A stretch of DNA of 64,000 nucleotides, taken from the NCBI GenBank assembly GCA_022711395.1, contig JAKLFA010000002.1, positions 131,864 through 195,863 on the forward strand, in the 5' to 3' direction. Origin of the DNA: Candidatus Omnitrophota bacterium. GTDB taxonomy: Bacteria; Omnitrophota; Gorgyraeia; Zapsychrales; JANLHA01. The translations under genes were made by a program, and so were the position numbers. Below, one piece after another: positions 1 to 8,291 of the stretch. Numbering within the stretch: position 1 is the first letter of the stretch; every line of letters begins with the position of its first letter. The notes under the pieces were generated by a model, which did no database searches, had not been told where the DNA came from, and was given only the letters and a program-made list of their open reading frames with translations.

Positions 1-3000
1 ACACGAAGGATATTGTCCCGTGTAATTAAAGAATGATATTCAGGCCGAATGTTCTGTTGTATAAGTTCCTCCGCCTCTGTTTCGCTTAAAGTTGCCGCGT
101 TGGTGGCCTCACCCGCGGCAGGTTTTGTTTCTATCGATTCAAGGCTATCAAAAAGCTCATTAAAGAACACAACGCCCTCAGCGTAGAGCGCGAGCGCCCG
201 CTCTTCCTTCCCATCATTTTTTAAATGATAGATCGGCAAGTTTGCCATGATCTTGGCCAATGACGCAGACAAGCGCTGTTGCCAGTAGGGGTCGTTTTTC
301 GCAAATTCTGATGATCCAAAAAATTCTTCAGCCAGGGCCGGGAACCGGCGTTCCAACTCTTGATAGACTTGCCAGGCATGGCTGTCTTCTGGAAATTCCA
401 CCGTGATCGAAACGGTCCCATCAGGGTTTTCTTGCCGGGTGGTTTTTTCCAGATCATAGTTGAGCAGGTCATACTTACCGATGACTGTATGCGCGATCTT
501 TGCCAGATCATAGACCGGATCACCAACATAATCACCGCGCGGGTCCAGCAGAACGAATCCTCCGTCTTCTCTGAAAAACATGTTATCAAAATGAAAATCG
601 CCATGCGTCAATCTTAGGGCCGGCGGAGCTAATCGTTTGAGCAATTCCGGGTTCTGTTCCAGTTCGAGCAACAACGGAAGCACGTTTCTGTGGCGCTTTC
701 CATTGATGACGATATACTCAGCCTCAATAACGCTTTGAAAGACTTCGGGCGCTTGGCGCTTGACTTGTTCCAGCGATTCCCGGACCCGGTCGATCAGGAC
801 TTCTTTGAGATACATTTCAGGAACTGGCGCTGTGCGGGCACCCAGCATATGCTCGCGCCAGAATGACAAGACCTCTTTGAGCCGATTGATGATGAAATCT
901 GCGTTTTGCTGATCATAGATAATCGATTGTGTTAACGTCCGCCCTTCGTAGAACGGCATTTCATAATAGGGCTGTTGTTCGCCCTTGGTGTCGACCGATG
1001 TGCCCGGGATGTTTTGCGCGAGATTGAGAATGATCGAACGGACGTCTCCGTTGGCAAAATATGCCCGGACTGGAGATGCGTAAGCGGTTTTAGCCTGAAC
1101 GTCGGCTGCCTCGGCCGCCAAATCCTCGGGAGAGACATTGATGACGCCTTCGACTTCTAAATTTTCCGCTGTCGCTGCTGTTGCCTGTGTTTTTTTGATC
1201 CGCCGATTGATTTCTTCAGCAGGGACATCGGTAACTGCCACATACAATGCGGCATACTCGTTATTTTCCTGTTGGGACTGGTAATGAAAGATCCCCTCCT
1301 CATCGATATAATCATCGGCCTTTTGATCTTTGGACCCGATGCTTCGTAGTCCCTCCCCGACTTTTATAAGTTCATATTCTCCCGGGTTGAGTTTGACCTC
1401 CTGGGAGATTTCCTTGATCGCCACCAGATCTTCCTCCGCGGAGGCTCCGACATGACCGCCGAAGAAATCTTTTTGCCCGGGAGCGTTGACATCCGGCCGC
1501 TGGGCGCGTTTTTGGATCAGGATTTTTCCTGTCGATCTATTATAGATCACCACATGGACAACCCGGTGAGCGGTGCCGTTTTTGTGCGCTGATCCACGGG
1601 TCACAAAAAGGCCGGATGGACGGCCGGTTTTTGTGCTGACCGCATCAAGAAGCTCATTGTCTTTCTCCCCCTTGTAATGGACTTCCAGGTTGTGCCGGAC
1701 CACCCTGGAAAAGAATGGCCGCAATTGGGCCGGCAGCCCCAAGAGCCACTGGACTTGAGCGGTGAATTTCTTTTTATCACGGCCCCAGGAACCGGAAGGG
1801 GATTCTTTGCGGACCCGTCTTTGGCCGAAGTCCGTTTTGATCATCTTGAGATTGTTGGTTGAACCGCCTTTAAGTTTATTCGAGACAGATCTGACCGTTC
1901 GCCGAAGACCTTCGTCCACGCCGGACACAGAGAAAGAATTTTTCATATGCGCGTTGGCCGGCACGGTGATTTGGCTTGCTGAACGGCTGGCAAGAATTGG
2001 AACGGTTTTTTGAGATGAGGCCGTTTGGTCTTTAGATGCCTCTTCGATATAAATTTGCTGGATCCGCTGCGCGAATTCTTTTTTGGTAAGACCTTCAGCG
2101 CCGTTGATTTGGGATGTGCCGTAAGTTTCATTACTGATGACGGTCTTGACTGCTTCAGCCAGATCGTAAATAGACAACGGGTAACGGATCTGGGTGTCAT
2201 CGGCTTCGACCGGCTCTCCACGCTCGATTTTTTGAACAGTTTCTGTCACAAAATTGGAACGGTCATCGGGGGTGTTTCGCCCAAAAAGCATGCCGCTGCG
2301 GATAATGCTGTGCTGTTCAAATTGGCGCACGGCGTCTTCCCCGCGCTGTTTTGTCTGTCCATAAAAATTGATTGGGCTGGGAGAGTCTGATGCCTCATAG
2401 GGTGTTTCTTTTTTTCCGTCAAAGACATAATCAGATGACAGATAAACAAAATGCCCGTTAAAGTATTTTCGGAAGGCGTTGACCGCGCCGGCATTGAGAT
2501 ATTCAGCTGCCTGCGGATCTTTGTCCGCCTCTTGCGGGTCCGCTTCACCTGCGGCATAAACGATCACATCCGGCCGCGTTTCCGCAATGAACTTTTTGAT
2601 CTCATCTTCTTTGGTGACATCGAGTCTTTGAAAATCAGGCGTTTCCGCAGAAAAACTTGTCCCGATCACAGCGACGCTGTTCCCTTGCCGCAAAGCGGAA
2701 TAAATGCGCTGTCCGGCAAATCCGGACGCCCCTACCACGGCCACGGTTTTAAAAGGAGAAACGAAGATAGACTTGATCTGAGGAAATTTATTTTTGATCT
2801 TTTCGACATTTTCCGGGGTCGTTTCGAGCACAAAAATATCATCCGATTGGCTTTTCAGGATGTCCTGAATTCCTTTAAAGGACACGGCCTGGGGGACGCT
2901 TCCATAGGGAAGTATAATGACATCCCCTTCATCTCCATTTTTCAAACTGACTTCATCCGTGAAGTAATATTGAACTCCGTCAAATTCGCCATAAATCCGG

Positions 3001-5021
3001 ATTTTTCCCTTTTTCGTTCGGCCAATACGCTCTGCCAAACTTATGCGCTCATCCTGGCCATTCTGAATATTTTTAAGAGAGCGGTCGATCCTTCGTCCGT
3101 TTTCACCCAGGCTGTTGAGGTCTAAGATCTTATCAAGTGAAGCTCTGGCAGAGTCCGAAAGGCTGACGCCGTCTGATGCCAGGCGCTGCAGCAAACGGTC
3201 CTTAAAAGCGGAAACATTATCCACGTTGATGGCGGACAATACGTCCACCTCTTCTTTGAGGATCAGGGTGATCGCGCTCGCCAATGAGGGATCCATGGTG
3301 TCTAAGACAAGGTCTTCTTGAAATTCTGGATCTTCATCAGGCCGTCGCTCCCGCGTGTGATACATTAAGAATTTTTTAAATTTTTTTCCTTCCGGTGTTT
3401 TTTTGAGGGCTGACCAGATTGTGGACTTACCAACTCCGGAACCGCCTGAGTAAATAAAGAATTTATTTCCGGTCTCAGCCACATCTTTTTCCAGAATTTC
3501 TCTGAATTCTTTTGCCGCTTTGGCGACATTCTCTTGCTTTTGCTGCTCAGTGGGACCGAAAATATTAACTAATTGGTGATCATAGTCTTTTCTAAACTTC
3601 ATCCACCATTGAACGGATAATTCCATGCGTTCCAGCCACTTGTCTTGACGCATATCGATCGGTTCGCGTTGTCTCAATCGCTTCCAGTGCTCATCAATAA
3701 TTAACCGGATATCATGCTCATCGTATCCTTCTGAGACCATTTGGGCGACCAGGTTTTCGACAGATGCTAATTCCTGGGCCAACTTTTCCGCTGGATTTTC
3801 TTTGGGGGTTTCATCTTCCACTACAGACGCGTTGGTGGCGGCGCCGGTTTCCGGGCGGACTTCGAGGGCCAGTTTTAAATTTTTTCCCACAACAGAAGAA
3901 CGCACCTGCGCGGCGCTGGCGGTGGTTCCGATCTCAATGGCCGCGTCCTGAAACCCGCCGGAAAAATACTGTCTGGGGATCACGGTCTGGCTCAATTCAT
4001 CGTAATCTTCCTTAATATAGTTGAACACGCCCTGTTTGTAGGCGTCCATGTATTGCTCATAGATGCGCTCTTTCATTCCTTCATCATCGATCTCGATGCC
4101 CGCGGTCTTGTTGCGGTCGATATACACCTGCGACATCAGGCTGTTTTTCACGGTCTGTTTATACCATTTGGCGAGGATCAGCGAGTGATAGATCTGGCGC
4201 AATGGCGCGAAGTTTTTGCCCTGGTTGACCTCTTTTTCAATTTCAGGCAGGATCAGCTCGCGGATCATGTCTTTGCTGATCTGTGAAAGTTCGTCTGACT
4301 TTGAAACATCCGGCGCGCCCTGAATGCTGGTGCCGTCTGCCTCGCTCTGGCGGCTTTTTTGAAGCGCGATGTAATCCTCATCGAGCATGACCTTAAGATG
4401 CGTGTCCACGATATAGACGGTATTTTTGTGTTCATAAACGACCGCGGTCTCGGGAAGGATCCAGACCTTGTTAAACACATCCGTCGGGACGCTTTCAAGG
4501 CCGTAGCGTTCTTTGGCAGCTTTGTGGATGCGGTCCCAGAATTTCTTGCCCAGTTCGTTTTCAGGATAGACCAGGGTCGCGGTGAGCTGTTTTAAAATAT
4601 AATCCTGCGCCAACAGGTCGCGGCCCAGTTCGGTCTTGCCCAGTTCCTCAGGGATAATACGGTCTTTTTCGTAAGGAGACAAATTGACCCAAAGATCATT
4701 GTGAGGCACGGTCATGGAGGCTAAAAAATATTTGACCAACCGCTGGGATTCGGCCGTTATGTCTTGCTGATCATATTCGGCATTCCCGCTGTCGATAATA
4801 AAATCGAATTGCAGCGGATTGTCCGGATGAACGGTCATGCCTTTTAAGAGAACAGGCACAAAAGCCGGACTTACGCTGACCATGGCTCCCGGCAGCGGAA
4901 GGCCGATCGATTGCGCGTAACCTGGCGGCAGAATGGTTGTGGAAAGAAAGCTGAAAACAAGAACAGCGGACAGAAGTCTTACGGCAAAACCAAAACGGTT
5001 TTGTTGAATGGTGTGGAACAT
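1..5021 (-). CDS. Giant secreted multi-domain protein, at least 1673 aa; C-terminus lies beyond the window start. Domain order: signal peptide; novel N-terminal region of about 430 aa; P-loop NTPase or kinase-like domain; RmlD-like NAD(P)-dependent sugar-nucleotide reductase domain; degenerate Nudix domain; aminoglycoside-phosphotransferase or choline-kinase-like domain
   Basis: Codon-by-codon hand translation of the minus frame (plus-strand triplets starting at positions divisible by 3) found no stop codon from the ATG at 5019-5021 down to position 3. An in-frame TAG lies upstream at 5058-5060. An AGGGGG ribosome-binding site sits 5 nt before the ATG. N-terminus MFHTIQQNRFGFAVRLLSAVLVFSFLSTTILPPGYAQ|SIG is signal-peptide-like. 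Motifs seen: FFIYSGGSGVGKST (Walker A, about 3429-3470); KTVAVVGASGFAGQRIY (Rossmann fold, about 2715-2760) plus FVYLSSDYVFDGKKETPY...PINFYGQTKQRGE (RmlD-like, about 2350-2450); VVHVVIYNRSTGKILIQKRAQ...PGQKDFFGGHVGASAEEDLVAIKEISQEVKL (Nudix-like, about 1410-1570); LRLTHGDFHFDNMFF and LLDPRGDYVGDPVYDLAK (aminoglycoside-phosphotransferase-like, about 510-620). The gene is missing from the supplied ORF track, apparently because the track only lists ORFs that both start and stop inside the window. Confidence 0.8.
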   Translation of the reverse strand, partial: MFHTIQQNRFGFAVRLLSAVLVFSFLSTTILPPGYAQSIGLPLPGAMVSVSPAFVPVLLKGMTVHPDNPLQFDFIIDSGNAEYDQQDITAESQRLVKYFLASMTVPHNDLWVNLSPYEKDRIIPEELGKTELGRDLLAQDYILKQLTATLVYPENELGKKFWDRIHKAAKERYGLESVPTDVFNKVWILPETAVVYEHKNTVYIVDTHLKVMLDEDYIALQKSRQSEADGTSIQGAPDVSKSDELSQISKDMIRELILPEIEKEVNQGKNFAPLRQIYHSLILAKWYKQTVKNSLMSQVYIDRNKTAGIEIDDEGMKERIYEQYMDAYKQGVFNYIKEDYDELSQTVIPRQYFSGGFQDAAIEIGTTASAAQVRSSVVGKNLKLALEVRPETGAATNASVVEDETPKENPAEKLAQELASVENLVAQMVSEGYDEHDIRLIIDEHWKRLRQREPIDMRQDKWLERMELSVQWWMKFRKDYDHQLVNIFGPTEQQKQENVAKAAKEFREILEKDVAETGNKFFIYSGGSGVGKSTIWSALKKTPEGKKFKKFLMYHTRERRPDEDPEFQEDLVLDTMDPSLASAITLILKEEVDVLSAINVDNVSAFKDRLLQRLASDGVSLSDSARASLDKILDLNSLGENGRRIDRSLKNIQNGQDERISLAERIGRTKKGKIRIYGEFDGVQYYFTDEVSLKNGDEGDVIILPYGSVPQAVSFKGIQDILKSQSDDIFVLETTPENVEKIKNKFPQIKSIFVSPFKTVAVVGASGFAGQRIYSALRQGNSVAVIGTSFSAETPDFQRLDVTKEDEIKKFIAETRPDVIVYAAGEADPQEADKDPQAAEYLNAGAVNAFRKYFNGHFVYLSSDYVFDGKKETPYEASDSPSPINFYGQTKQRGEDAVRQFEQHSIIRSGMLFGRNTPDDRSNFVTETVQKIERGEPVEADDTQIRYPLSIYDLAEAVKTVISNETYGTSQINGAEGLTKKEFAQRIQQIYIEEASKDQTASSQKTVPILASRSASQITVPANAHMKNSFSVSGVDEGLRRTVRSVSNKLKGGSTNNLKMIKTDFGQRRVRKESPSGSWGRDKKKFTAQVQWLLGLPAQLRPFFSRVVRHNLEVHYKGEKDNELLDAVSTKTGRPSGLFVTRGSAHKNGTAHRVVHVVIYNRSTGKILIQKRAQRPDVNAPGQKDFFGGHVGASAEEDLVAIKEISQEVKLNPGEYELIKVGEGLRSIGSKDQKADDYIDEEGIFHYQSQQENNEYAALYVAVTDVPAEEINRRIKKTQATAATAENLEVEGVINVSPEDLAAEAADVQAKTAYASPVRAYFANGDVRSIILNLAQNIPGTSVDTKGEQQPYYEMPFYEGRTLTQSIIYDQQNADFIINRLKEVLSFWREHMLGARTAPVPEMYLKEVLIDRVRESLEQVKRQAPEVFQSVIEAEYIVINGKRHRNVLPLLLELEQNPELLKRLAPPALRLTHGDFHFDNMFFREDGGFVLLDPRGDYVGDPVYDLAKIAHTVIGKYDLLNYDLEKTTRQENPDGTVSITVEFPEDSHAWQVYQELERRFPALAEEFFGSSEFAKNDPYWQQRLSASLAKIMANLPIYHLKNDGKEERALALYAEGVVFFNELFDSLESIETKPAAGEATNAATLSETEAEELIQQNIRPEYHSLITRDNILR

Positions 5022-5120
5022 GGCAGCCCCCTGCGTTTTGATATGAAAAAGCGTTTTCTATGCAGAAAAAGCATAGCATATTTTTGATGAAAAAACAAAC
5101 ATGATTAAATTAAGGGAATT

Positions 5121-6626
5121 TTAAGGTGAAACAGGTTTTCGTTCAAAGATCTTTATGGCTGGAATCCGGGTAGAGCTGTTAAGGTCGAAAATTTCCTTTT
5201 TGAGTGAAAAACCGAGCCCCTTAAGAAAATCTTCGGTCTGCTGCTCCTTGCTAAAGGGAAGAAAATCCGTCCCATCTTGCTCACGAAAAGCATTCACTTC
5301 TAAAAGAATGCTTTTATCGGTTCCTTCGACAAGTTTTTTTAGGTCTGACTTCATCGCGGGGCATTCGTAAAGCCGCCCTCCATCCGCCAGATATTCCAGG
5401 CCGGTAAAATAACGGATGCTTCGGTGCTCCTGGGAGACAATAATATGGTCGCTGGTGATATTCTCGTTGATCCATGCCGTGGCGCTGGCGTAATCAAGCG
5501 AATTGGTTTTTAAGCCGGAGATCCTTGACGTAGAGGGGGTGTATTGTTCGATTAAAAAGGCAAAAAGAAAAAGTGCCATTAATTTGGCTATCATAAGCGG
5601 GCGTTCCTTTTGAAACACTCTCTTTAATAGGCCCTCTCCCCCCATCCCCGCCAGGATCAAGATCGCGGGTTGAAGATAGAACACATAGCGCGCGTCGGTC
5701 TGCGGCAACAGAAGGTCTCCGGCCAGGCCAATGGCGAAAAAACCGGACAGAGCCATCAAAAATTTGTTTTTCGTCCAGCATCCAAAGAGAATACCAAGGA
5801 TCATCAACAGGCCGATCTCTTTAAAGAAATAACAGTAGAGCCAGTAACCGGAAATCAATGTGTGACGGAGATGAAAAATAGGCTGTATTCCCAGGCAGCG
5901 AACAGCAGACGGGACCACCAATTTTAACATGGAAGCGCTGATCAGTCCGGGGAACAGCAAGAATTTTCTCAGCCCCAAGATGATGTTCGGACTATACAGC
6001 AAAAGATAGCTCAGAAGGACGAATGGGATCAGGATCATGGCGCTCCACTTGGTCAGCAAGGCCATCAACAGCGTGAGGCTGATCGCCAGGTGAAGCCTGT
6101 TGGTGCTTGTGGGTTTGAGGCGGCTGATCAGAAAGATCAGGATGATGCCCCAGAGCATGAAAAGCATGTCGTTGAGGATAAAAAATCTGAGCCACGAAAA
6201 TGTGTGAAAACCGGTCAGTCCGATGACACAAAAAAGGCCCAAGGCCGGTCCGCTTAGAGACGTCCCTAGGAAGTAAAGAGCGATGATGGTTATGATGCTG
6301 ATGGTCAAGGCGGTCAAGCGGTAAGCGATGATCGGCGGCAGTTCGTTGTTGAGCGTTTTTCCTGCGGCGAGCAAGACCGGAAACAGCGGTGGATGATGTT
6401 CGTTGACCTGGGCGGATGCTATATCGGAGAGGTTTTTCACTATTTTTTCCGCCTGCCAGGCGTAGACAGCCTCGTCACTCATGAGAAACGAGTGGAAATT
6501 CCTGTCTGAAAGAGAGTAAAAACTTAAAAGCTGGCCCCAGAGGATCGACAGGAAGATCATGCCGCAAATGGCTGATTCCCAATGTTTAAGATTTTTTAAT
6601 TGAGGCTGAAATTTCATAGAGGCCAC
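5121..6626 (-). CDS. GT-C fold membrane glycosyltransferase (PMT_2, GT39/GT83, ArnT-like); about 10 transmembrane helices and a soluble C-terminal domain of about 130 aa
   Basis: 501-aa ORF. The first periplasmic loop reads MSDEAVYAWQA...HHPPLFPVLLAAG, matching the DE...HPPL signature of ArnT/PMT-type transferases that use a polyprenyl-phosphate-sugar donor. Many hydrophobic helices follow. Confidence 0.55.
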   Translation of the reverse strand: MASMKFQPQLKNLKHWESAICGMIFLSILWGQLLSFYSLSDRNFHSFLMSDEAVYAWQAEKIVKNLSDIASAQVNEHHPPLFPVLLAAGKTLNNELPPIIAYRLTALTISIITIIALYFLGTSLSGPALGLFCVIGLTGFHTFSWLRFFILNDMLFMLWGIILIFLISRLKPTSTNRLHLAISLTLLMALLTKWSAMILIPFVLLSYLLLYSPNIILGLRKFLLFPGLISASMLKLVVPSAVRCLGIQPIFHLRHTLISGYWLYCYFFKEIGLLMILGILFGCWTKNKFLMALSGFFAIGLAGDLLLPQTDARYVFYLQPAILILAGMGGEGLLKRVFQKERPLMIAKLMALFLFAFLIEQYTPSTSRISGLKTNSLDYASATAWINENITSDHIIVSQEHRSIRYFTGLEYLADGGRLYECPAMKSDLKKLVEGTDKSILLEVNAFREQDGTDFLPFSKEQQTEDFLKGLGFSLKKEIFDLNSSTRIPAIKIFERKPVSP

Positions 6627-6703
6627 AGGGTTTTAATAGACTTATTGTAGTATTTTTGGGGATATTTGATAGGAGTTTTTTGGTTTTCGGGGCGCCGTTC
6701 AAT

Positions 6704-6734
6704 AAAAAACCCCTAATGAGAATCAGGGGTTTTT
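6704..6734 (-). terminator. Intrinsic terminator (bidirectional hairpin flanked by A- and T-tracts), downstream of the tRNA-Met gene
   Basis: AAAAAA then cccctaatgagaatcagggg then TTTTT. On the minus strand the stem is followed by a run of six T. Confidence 0.5.
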
Positions 6735-6799
6735 CTGTATATGTTGATCGGTTCCGGATGGCTGTTTCAAGAGCCGAACCATGAACCTCAAGATGGTCA

Positions 6800-6875
6800 T
6801 GGTAGCGGGAAGTGGGATCGAACCACCGACATAACGGGTATGAACCGTTTGCTCTACCAACTGAGCTATCCCGCC
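6800..6875 (-). tRNA. tRNA with anticodon CAU: elongator tRNA-Met, or tRNA-Ile2 if the C is lysidine-modified
   Basis: Hand-folded 76-nt cloverleaf: GGCGGGAUAGCUCAGUUGGUAGAGCAAACGGUUCAUACCCGUUAUGUCGGUGGUUCGAUCCCACUUCCCGCUACCA. Anticodon loop UUCAUAC. Encoded CCA end. The anticodon stem lacks the GGG/CCC run that marks initiator tRNAs. Confidence 0.8.
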
Positions 6876-6969
6876 ACTATACTGAACAACAAAGGAGCTA
6901 AAATTTTACGATAAGTCGATTTAAATATCAAGCCTTTTCTTGAGAGGCCTGGCCCGAAAGTTTTTTCGC

Positions 6970-7272
6970 CTATGAATATAAAATGATCGAGATCAGGACC
7001 CCGATGATGACCAGGGAAACGATATAAAAGCTGTTGAAATAAAAAAGGTCCCGGATCCGTTCCCCTGCCGTATATTCAAACTGCACATTTTCATTTTTGA
7101 CCTCACCGCTTTTGCGCAGGGCCAGGACCTCCGCTTTTTTCAAACGCAAGAACTGGTCGGCGATCTTGTAAGCCTTCAGGTCGGTAGACTGGATCAGGTC
7201 CATGATCTTTTTTTCGGAGACCCCCAACAGGTTGGCGGCTTCCCGGACGGAAATATATTGGCTGTCTGCCAT
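6970..7272 (-). CDS. Small excisionase or MerR-type HTH (HTH_17-like) protein with a C-terminal transmembrane anchor
   Basis: 100 aa. ISVREAANLLGVSEKKIMDLIQSTDLKAYKIADQFLRLKKAEV is a helix-turn-helix. The C-terminus FYIVSLVIIGVLISIILYS is hydrophobic. Confidence 0.5.
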   Translation of the reverse strand: MADSQYISVREAANLLGVSEKKIMDLIQSTDLKAYKIADQFLRLKKAEVLALRKSGEVKNENVQFEYTAGERIRDLFYFNSFYIVSLVIIGVLISIILYS

Positions 7273-7299
7273 GGCGCTGGCCCTCTATTCGATTGACGG

Positions 7300-7830
7300 T
7301 TAGATCTGCGCGGTCGATGCCCAGGAATCGATCTGCGAACGCTCGAAGATCCAGGAATCTCCCGTGCGCTTGGCGGGGATCTTTCCGGCGTTGGCCAGGT
7401 CAATGATCGCGGAAGAATCGATCTGCAGATATTTGGCCAACTCATCGATATTCATGGTGTCCTCGATCATCTGGCACTGCCCCTGAAAAATGGCCCCTTC
7501 GACAATGTTGAGCTTCGGGGTCGTGATGTTGCCGGTCAAGACCGCGGTGGGCATCAAAACCAGCATGCGCTTGGCGATGACGTCCCCTCTGACCTTGCCG
7601 GCCAGGACAATGTTCTCCCCCGTGATATGGGCTTCCACGAAAGCGTTGTTTCCTATGGTCAGGGTCCCGCGGACATCCAGGGTCCCGTTGAAATTGCCGT
7701 TGACCTTGAGGTTTACAGGATCTTTAAAGGACAGAGAGCCCTGCATTTGGGCGCTGATCTCAATGGTCTTTTCCTCCTGGGAAGAGCTGGACGCTGAATC
7801 GGAACGTGTTTTGCTGGGTTTGAACGCCAT
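7300..7830 (-). CDS. Bactofilin (DUF583 beta-helical polymerising domain) fused to a C-terminal excisionase-type HTH domain
   Basis: 176 aa. SLSFKDPVNLKVNGNFNGTLDVRGTLTIGNNAFVEAHITGENIVLAGKVRGDVIAKRMLVLMPTAVLTGNITTPKLNIVEGAIFQGQCQM has the bactofilin repeat pattern. The C-terminal part MNIDELAKYLQIDSSAIIDLANAGKIPAKRTGDSWIFERSQIDSW matches the HTH_17 pattern. Confidence 0.6.
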   Translation of the reverse strand: MAFKPSKTRSDSASSSSQEEKTIEISAQMQGSLSFKDPVNLKVNGNFNGTLDVRGTLTIGNNAFVEAHITGENIVLAGKVRGDVIAKRMLVLMPTAVLTGNITTPKLNIVEGAIFQGQCQMIEDTMNIDELAKYLQIDSSAIIDLANAGKIPAKRTGDSWIFERSQIDSWASTAQI

Positions 7831-7835
7831 GGGAT

Positions 7836-8291
7836 TTACTCCTTGTTGTTTTGAGCTTTGATCCGCTTTTCGAAGGAACGAACGCCGATCAGAACGAAGA
7901 ACACGATCAGCGTAAAGACAGTTGCCGTGATATACTGCCCTACTCCGACGGCCATCCCGATGCAGGCGACCGTCCAGACCGTGGCGGCGGTGGTCAGCCC
8001 CACGACCTGGTCCCCGGCCCGGATGATGGTCCCGGCGCAGAGAAAACCGATGCCGGTGATGATGCCGTGCAGCAAACGGGTCGGGTCTAAATTGGTGTCT
8101 CTATATATATCAGAAACATAAATTGAAGTCAAGGCGACCAGGCAGGCGCTGATCCCGACGAGCATGTGGGTCCGCAGGCCCGCGCCCTTATGGCGGGATT
8201 CCCGCTCGAGCCCGATGAGGCCGCTTAAGAGCGTTGCCAGCAAGAGTTTCAGGATTATCGTGACCGGATCAGAAAATTCCATAACTATCAT
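7836..8291 (-). CDS. mgtC: MgtC/SapB family membrane protein
   Basis: LIGLERESRHKGAGLRTHMLVGISACLV matches the MgtC signature. 151 aa with several transmembrane helices. Confidence 0.65.
   Translation of the reverse strand: MIVMEFSDPVTIILKLLLATLLSGLIGLERESRHKGAGLRTHMLVGISACLVALTSIYVSDIYRDTNLDPTRLLHGIITGIGFLCAGTIIRAGDQVVGLTTAATVWTVACIGMAVGVGQYITATVFTLIVFFVLIGVRSFEKRIKAQNNKE

Noticed and set aside
2451-3125. A 224-aa plus-strand ORF, and similar plus-strand ORFs such as 57895-58908 and 60772-61536
   Set aside because: These are antisense shadow ORFs inside well-supported minus-strand genes. They are low-complexity translations with no recognisable motifs.
1-5080. The supplied ORF track shows only short ORFs in the first 5 kb, suggesting a pseudogene desert, a non-coding island or a stop-codon-recoded region
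   Set aside because: Hand translation shows a single uninterrupted standard-code minus-strand frame from 5021 to the window edge. It is missing from the track because the track apparently lists only ORFs that start and stop inside the window. No recoding is needed.
6876-6969. Possible hairpin or terminator between the HTH gene and tRNA-Met (aggcct palindrome and a cgaaag...ttttcg element)
   Set aside because: The stems are only 4 to 5 bp and no convincing U-tract follows on the minus strand. Not supportable as a terminator.
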